Source: an uncultured Fibrobacteraceae bacterium (GTDB taxonomy: Bacteria; Krumholzibacteriota; Krumholzibacteriia; LZORAL124-64-63). From it: a stretch of DNA of 64,000 nucleotides. Where the stretch lies: assembly GCA_964524645.1 (NCBI GenBank), contig CAZGEC010000001.1, positions 179,994 through 243,993 of the forward strand. The letters are read 5' to 3'. Below the pieces are notes generated by a model. That model saw only the letters and a list, made by a program, of their open reading frames with translations. It was not told the origin of the DNA and did not search any database. The position numbers were made by a program, and so were the translations under genes. Shown here one piece after another: positions 62,267 through 64,000 of this stretch. Every line of letters begins with the position of its first letter. Within the stretch, counting starts at the first letter, position 1.

Positions 62267-63192
62267 TTCAGACCCTCCAGGTAGGCGGCGATCTGGGCCG
62301 ACTGCTGCCGGCTGAGATCCAGGTCGGGCATGTGGCAGTCCGGCTTGATAGCCTGGGCGTTCTCGACCCAGCGCGTCAGATTCTCCAGGTTGTTGACCAG
62401 GATGCCGGCGCCGATGGTCTCGCGGCTGCCCACGTGCGTCAGGTTGGGGCCGATGGTTGCCGTGGAGAAGCCCTCGATGGTGTGGCAGTTCACGCACGTG
62501 TGCGAGAGGTAGAGCCCGGCGCCCTCGCCCGCGGCCGCGGTCGTCGGCGGTGCCGGCGGCTGCAGCTGGTGCTGGATCCAGGCCGCGAAGTCGGCGGGAC
62601 TCTCGGCGATGACCCGGATGCGCATCCAGGCGTGCTCGGGGCCGCAGAACTCGTCGCAGGTCCCGAGGTAGGTGCCCGGCCTGTCGATCTTCGTCCAGAG
62701 ATGCGTGATGTGGTTGGGGAAGACGTCGATCTTGCGGCCGAGCTGCGGCACCCACCAGTCGTGCACGACGTCCGCCGAGTGAAAGCGCAGCAGCAGGGTC
62801 TTGCCCACCGGCAGGTGGAACTCGTTGGCCGTCACCGCACCCGAGGGATGATAGTGCCCCTCCCACCACCACTGATGGGCGATCACCTCGAGGTCGGGCT
62901 GGCGATCGTGAACCGGCGGGGAGATGATCCTCATCGCGTGCACCGTCACCCCGAACAGCACCGTGACGATCAGCAAGGGCACCACCGTCCAGATGATCTC
63001 CAGACGGGTATCCCCCTCCATCTGGCGCGGCATCCCGTCGCCCTGGCGGTGCCGGAAGCGGACGATGTTGGTGACGACGAAGCCGGTGACCACCAGGAAG
63101 ATGAACCCGGCGATCCCGAGCATGAACCAGAAGAGGTTCAGGACCTCCTGTGCCTGCGGCGATTCAGGGCTGAGTACGGACGGAAGATTCAT
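62263..63192 (-). CDS. ctaC: Cytochrome c oxidase subunit II with fused cytochrome c domain (caa3-type)
   Basis: Two N-terminal TM helices. CuA site H...CDEFCGPEHAWM. C-terminal c-type haem motif CVNCH. Confidence 0.85.
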   Translation of the reverse strand: MNLPSVLSPESPQAQEVLNLFWFMLGIAGFIFLVVTGFVVTNIVRFRHRQGDGMPRQMEGDTRLEIIWTVVPLLIVTVLFGVTVHAMRIISPPVHDRQPDLEVIAHQWWWEGHYHPSGAVTANEFHLPVGKTLLLRFHSADVVHDWWVPQLGRKIDVFPNHITHLWTKIDRPGTYLGTCDEFCGPEHAWMRIRVIAESPADFAAWIQHQLQPPAPPTTAAAGEGAGLYLSHTCVNCHTIEGFSTATIGPNLTHVGSRETIGAGILVNNLENLTRWVENAQAIKPDCHMPDLDLSRQQSAQIAAYLEGLK

Positions 63193-63423
63193 GAGCCTCC
63201 GATTCCGTCTCGGAGCCGGGGCGGAACCCGACCGGTCTCGGCGCTCCGGTCGCGGCCGCAGCCTGGCGGCCCACTGGTCACCGAATTTTCACATGATAGA
63301 TACATTCCACACGGCCGCACCCTCAACCCGGTCACGGTCCGGCCGGCGGCGTCCAGAGTCCCATCCTATCCTGTAGTCCGTACAACGGCACGTGAGATTT
63401 TCGCCGATTTCAGCGGAGGGACC

Positions 63424-64000
63424 ATGAACGAGGATGCACGCGTCACCAGCCCGATCCACGCCTTTCTGCCCTTCGAGGTCGAGGGCTTCGCCTCGCTGGC
63501 CGAGCTGGCCCTGGACCTGCGCTGGTCCTTCGACCATCGCGCCGACGAGATCTGGCGCCGGCTCGACCCCGGACTCTGGGAGCTCACCCACAACCCGTGG
63601 GTGGTCCTGCAGACGATCGCCCGCGACAGGCTCGCGGCTGCGCTGGCGGACCGGACGTTCCGGAGCACGGTCGAGGATCTCGCGCGGACCAGGCGACAAA
63701 AGGCTGAGGAGCCCTCGTGGTTCCAGCGGAGCCACGCCGCGTCTCCGCTCGGCTGCGTCGCCTACTTCAGCATGGAGTTCATGCTGAGCGAGGCCCTCCC
63801 CAACTACTCGGGCGGGCTCGGCAATGTGGCGGGGGACCAGCTCAAGGCCGCCAGCGACCTGGGCGTGCCGGTGATCGGCGTGGGGCTCCTCTACCAGCAG
63901 GGTTACTTCCGGCAGATGATCGACCGGGAAGGCGGGCAGCAGGCCCTCTATCCCTACAACGATCCGGGCCAGCTGCCGATCGCGCCGCTGCGCGAGCCGA
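63424..64000 (+). CDS. glgP: Alpha-glucan (glycogen/maltodextrin) phosphorylase, GT35, N-terminal fragment running off the window end
   Basis: ATG at 63424 with GGAGGG 3 nt upstream. Conserved FSMEFMLSEALPNYSGGLGNVAGDQLKAASDLGVPVIGVGLLYQQGYFRQ region of alpha-glucan phosphorylases. The ORF is open to the end of the window. Confidence 0.8.
   Translation, partial: MNEDARVTSPIHAFLPFEVEGFASLAELALDLRWSFDHRADEIWRRLDPGLWELTHNPWVVLQTIARDRLAAALADRTFRSTVEDLARTRRQKAEEPSWFQRSHAASPLGCVAYFSMEFMLSEALPNYSGGLGNVAGDQLKAASDLGVPVIGVGLLYQQGYFRQMIDREGGQQALYPYNDPGQLPIAPLREP

Overview
This is a 64 kb, very GC-rich (about 68-70 %) bacterial chromosomal segment. Nearly all genes lie on the minus strand, and many adjacent genes overlap by 4 nt (ATGA or GTGA), which suggests long, translationally coupled operons. 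The high GC produces many long antisense ORFs in the six-frame track, which I treat as artefacts.

Housekeeping content I could support includes: tadA, mnmA, murB, a YifB/ComM ATPase, an M20 peptidase, a NifS/IscS-like cysteine desulfurase, pterin carbinolamine dehydratase, an S1-domain protein, tRNA-Arg/Ser/Ser/Glu, a complete bc-type complex plus caa3-type cytochrome oxidase operon, and the start of an alpha-glucan phosphorylase.

The accessory, envelope-focused content is the interesting part:
- Three large secreted proteins end in the same ~85-aa FlgD-Ig/T9SS-type-A-like C-terminal sorting domain ('NPFNP...WDGR...GxY...LLK'). They are a 2.25k-aa multi-repeat adhesin, an FG-GAP beta-propeller protein and a 6-haem c-type cytochrome.
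- Two separate gene clusters each combine a PorV/PorQ-like outer-membrane beta-barrel (shared N-terminal 'AR..G.G...A..D....NPAGL' motif), a TPR protein and an ExbB/ExbD/TonB motor. This recurring synteny is my best candidate for an undescribed trans-envelope secretion or shuttle module.
- Two tandem paralogues plus a third unlinked secreted protein share a C-terminal 'SWGxxKxxY[RH]' motif.
- There is a 56-aa bacterial histone-fold (DUF1931/HBb-like) gene.
- A YtrA-type GntR sits with a perfect 10-4-10 palindromic operator, followed by an SPFH protein.
- There is an 813-aa Lon-like AAA protease.

T9SS-type CTDs together with an ExbB-ExbD-ExbD-TonB arrangement suggest an FCB-superphylum-like lineage (for example Gemmatimonadota or a related candidate phylum); this is inference only.

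Coordinates come from the supplied ORF track frames plus manual start selection. tRNA and motif coordinates may be off by about 1 nt.
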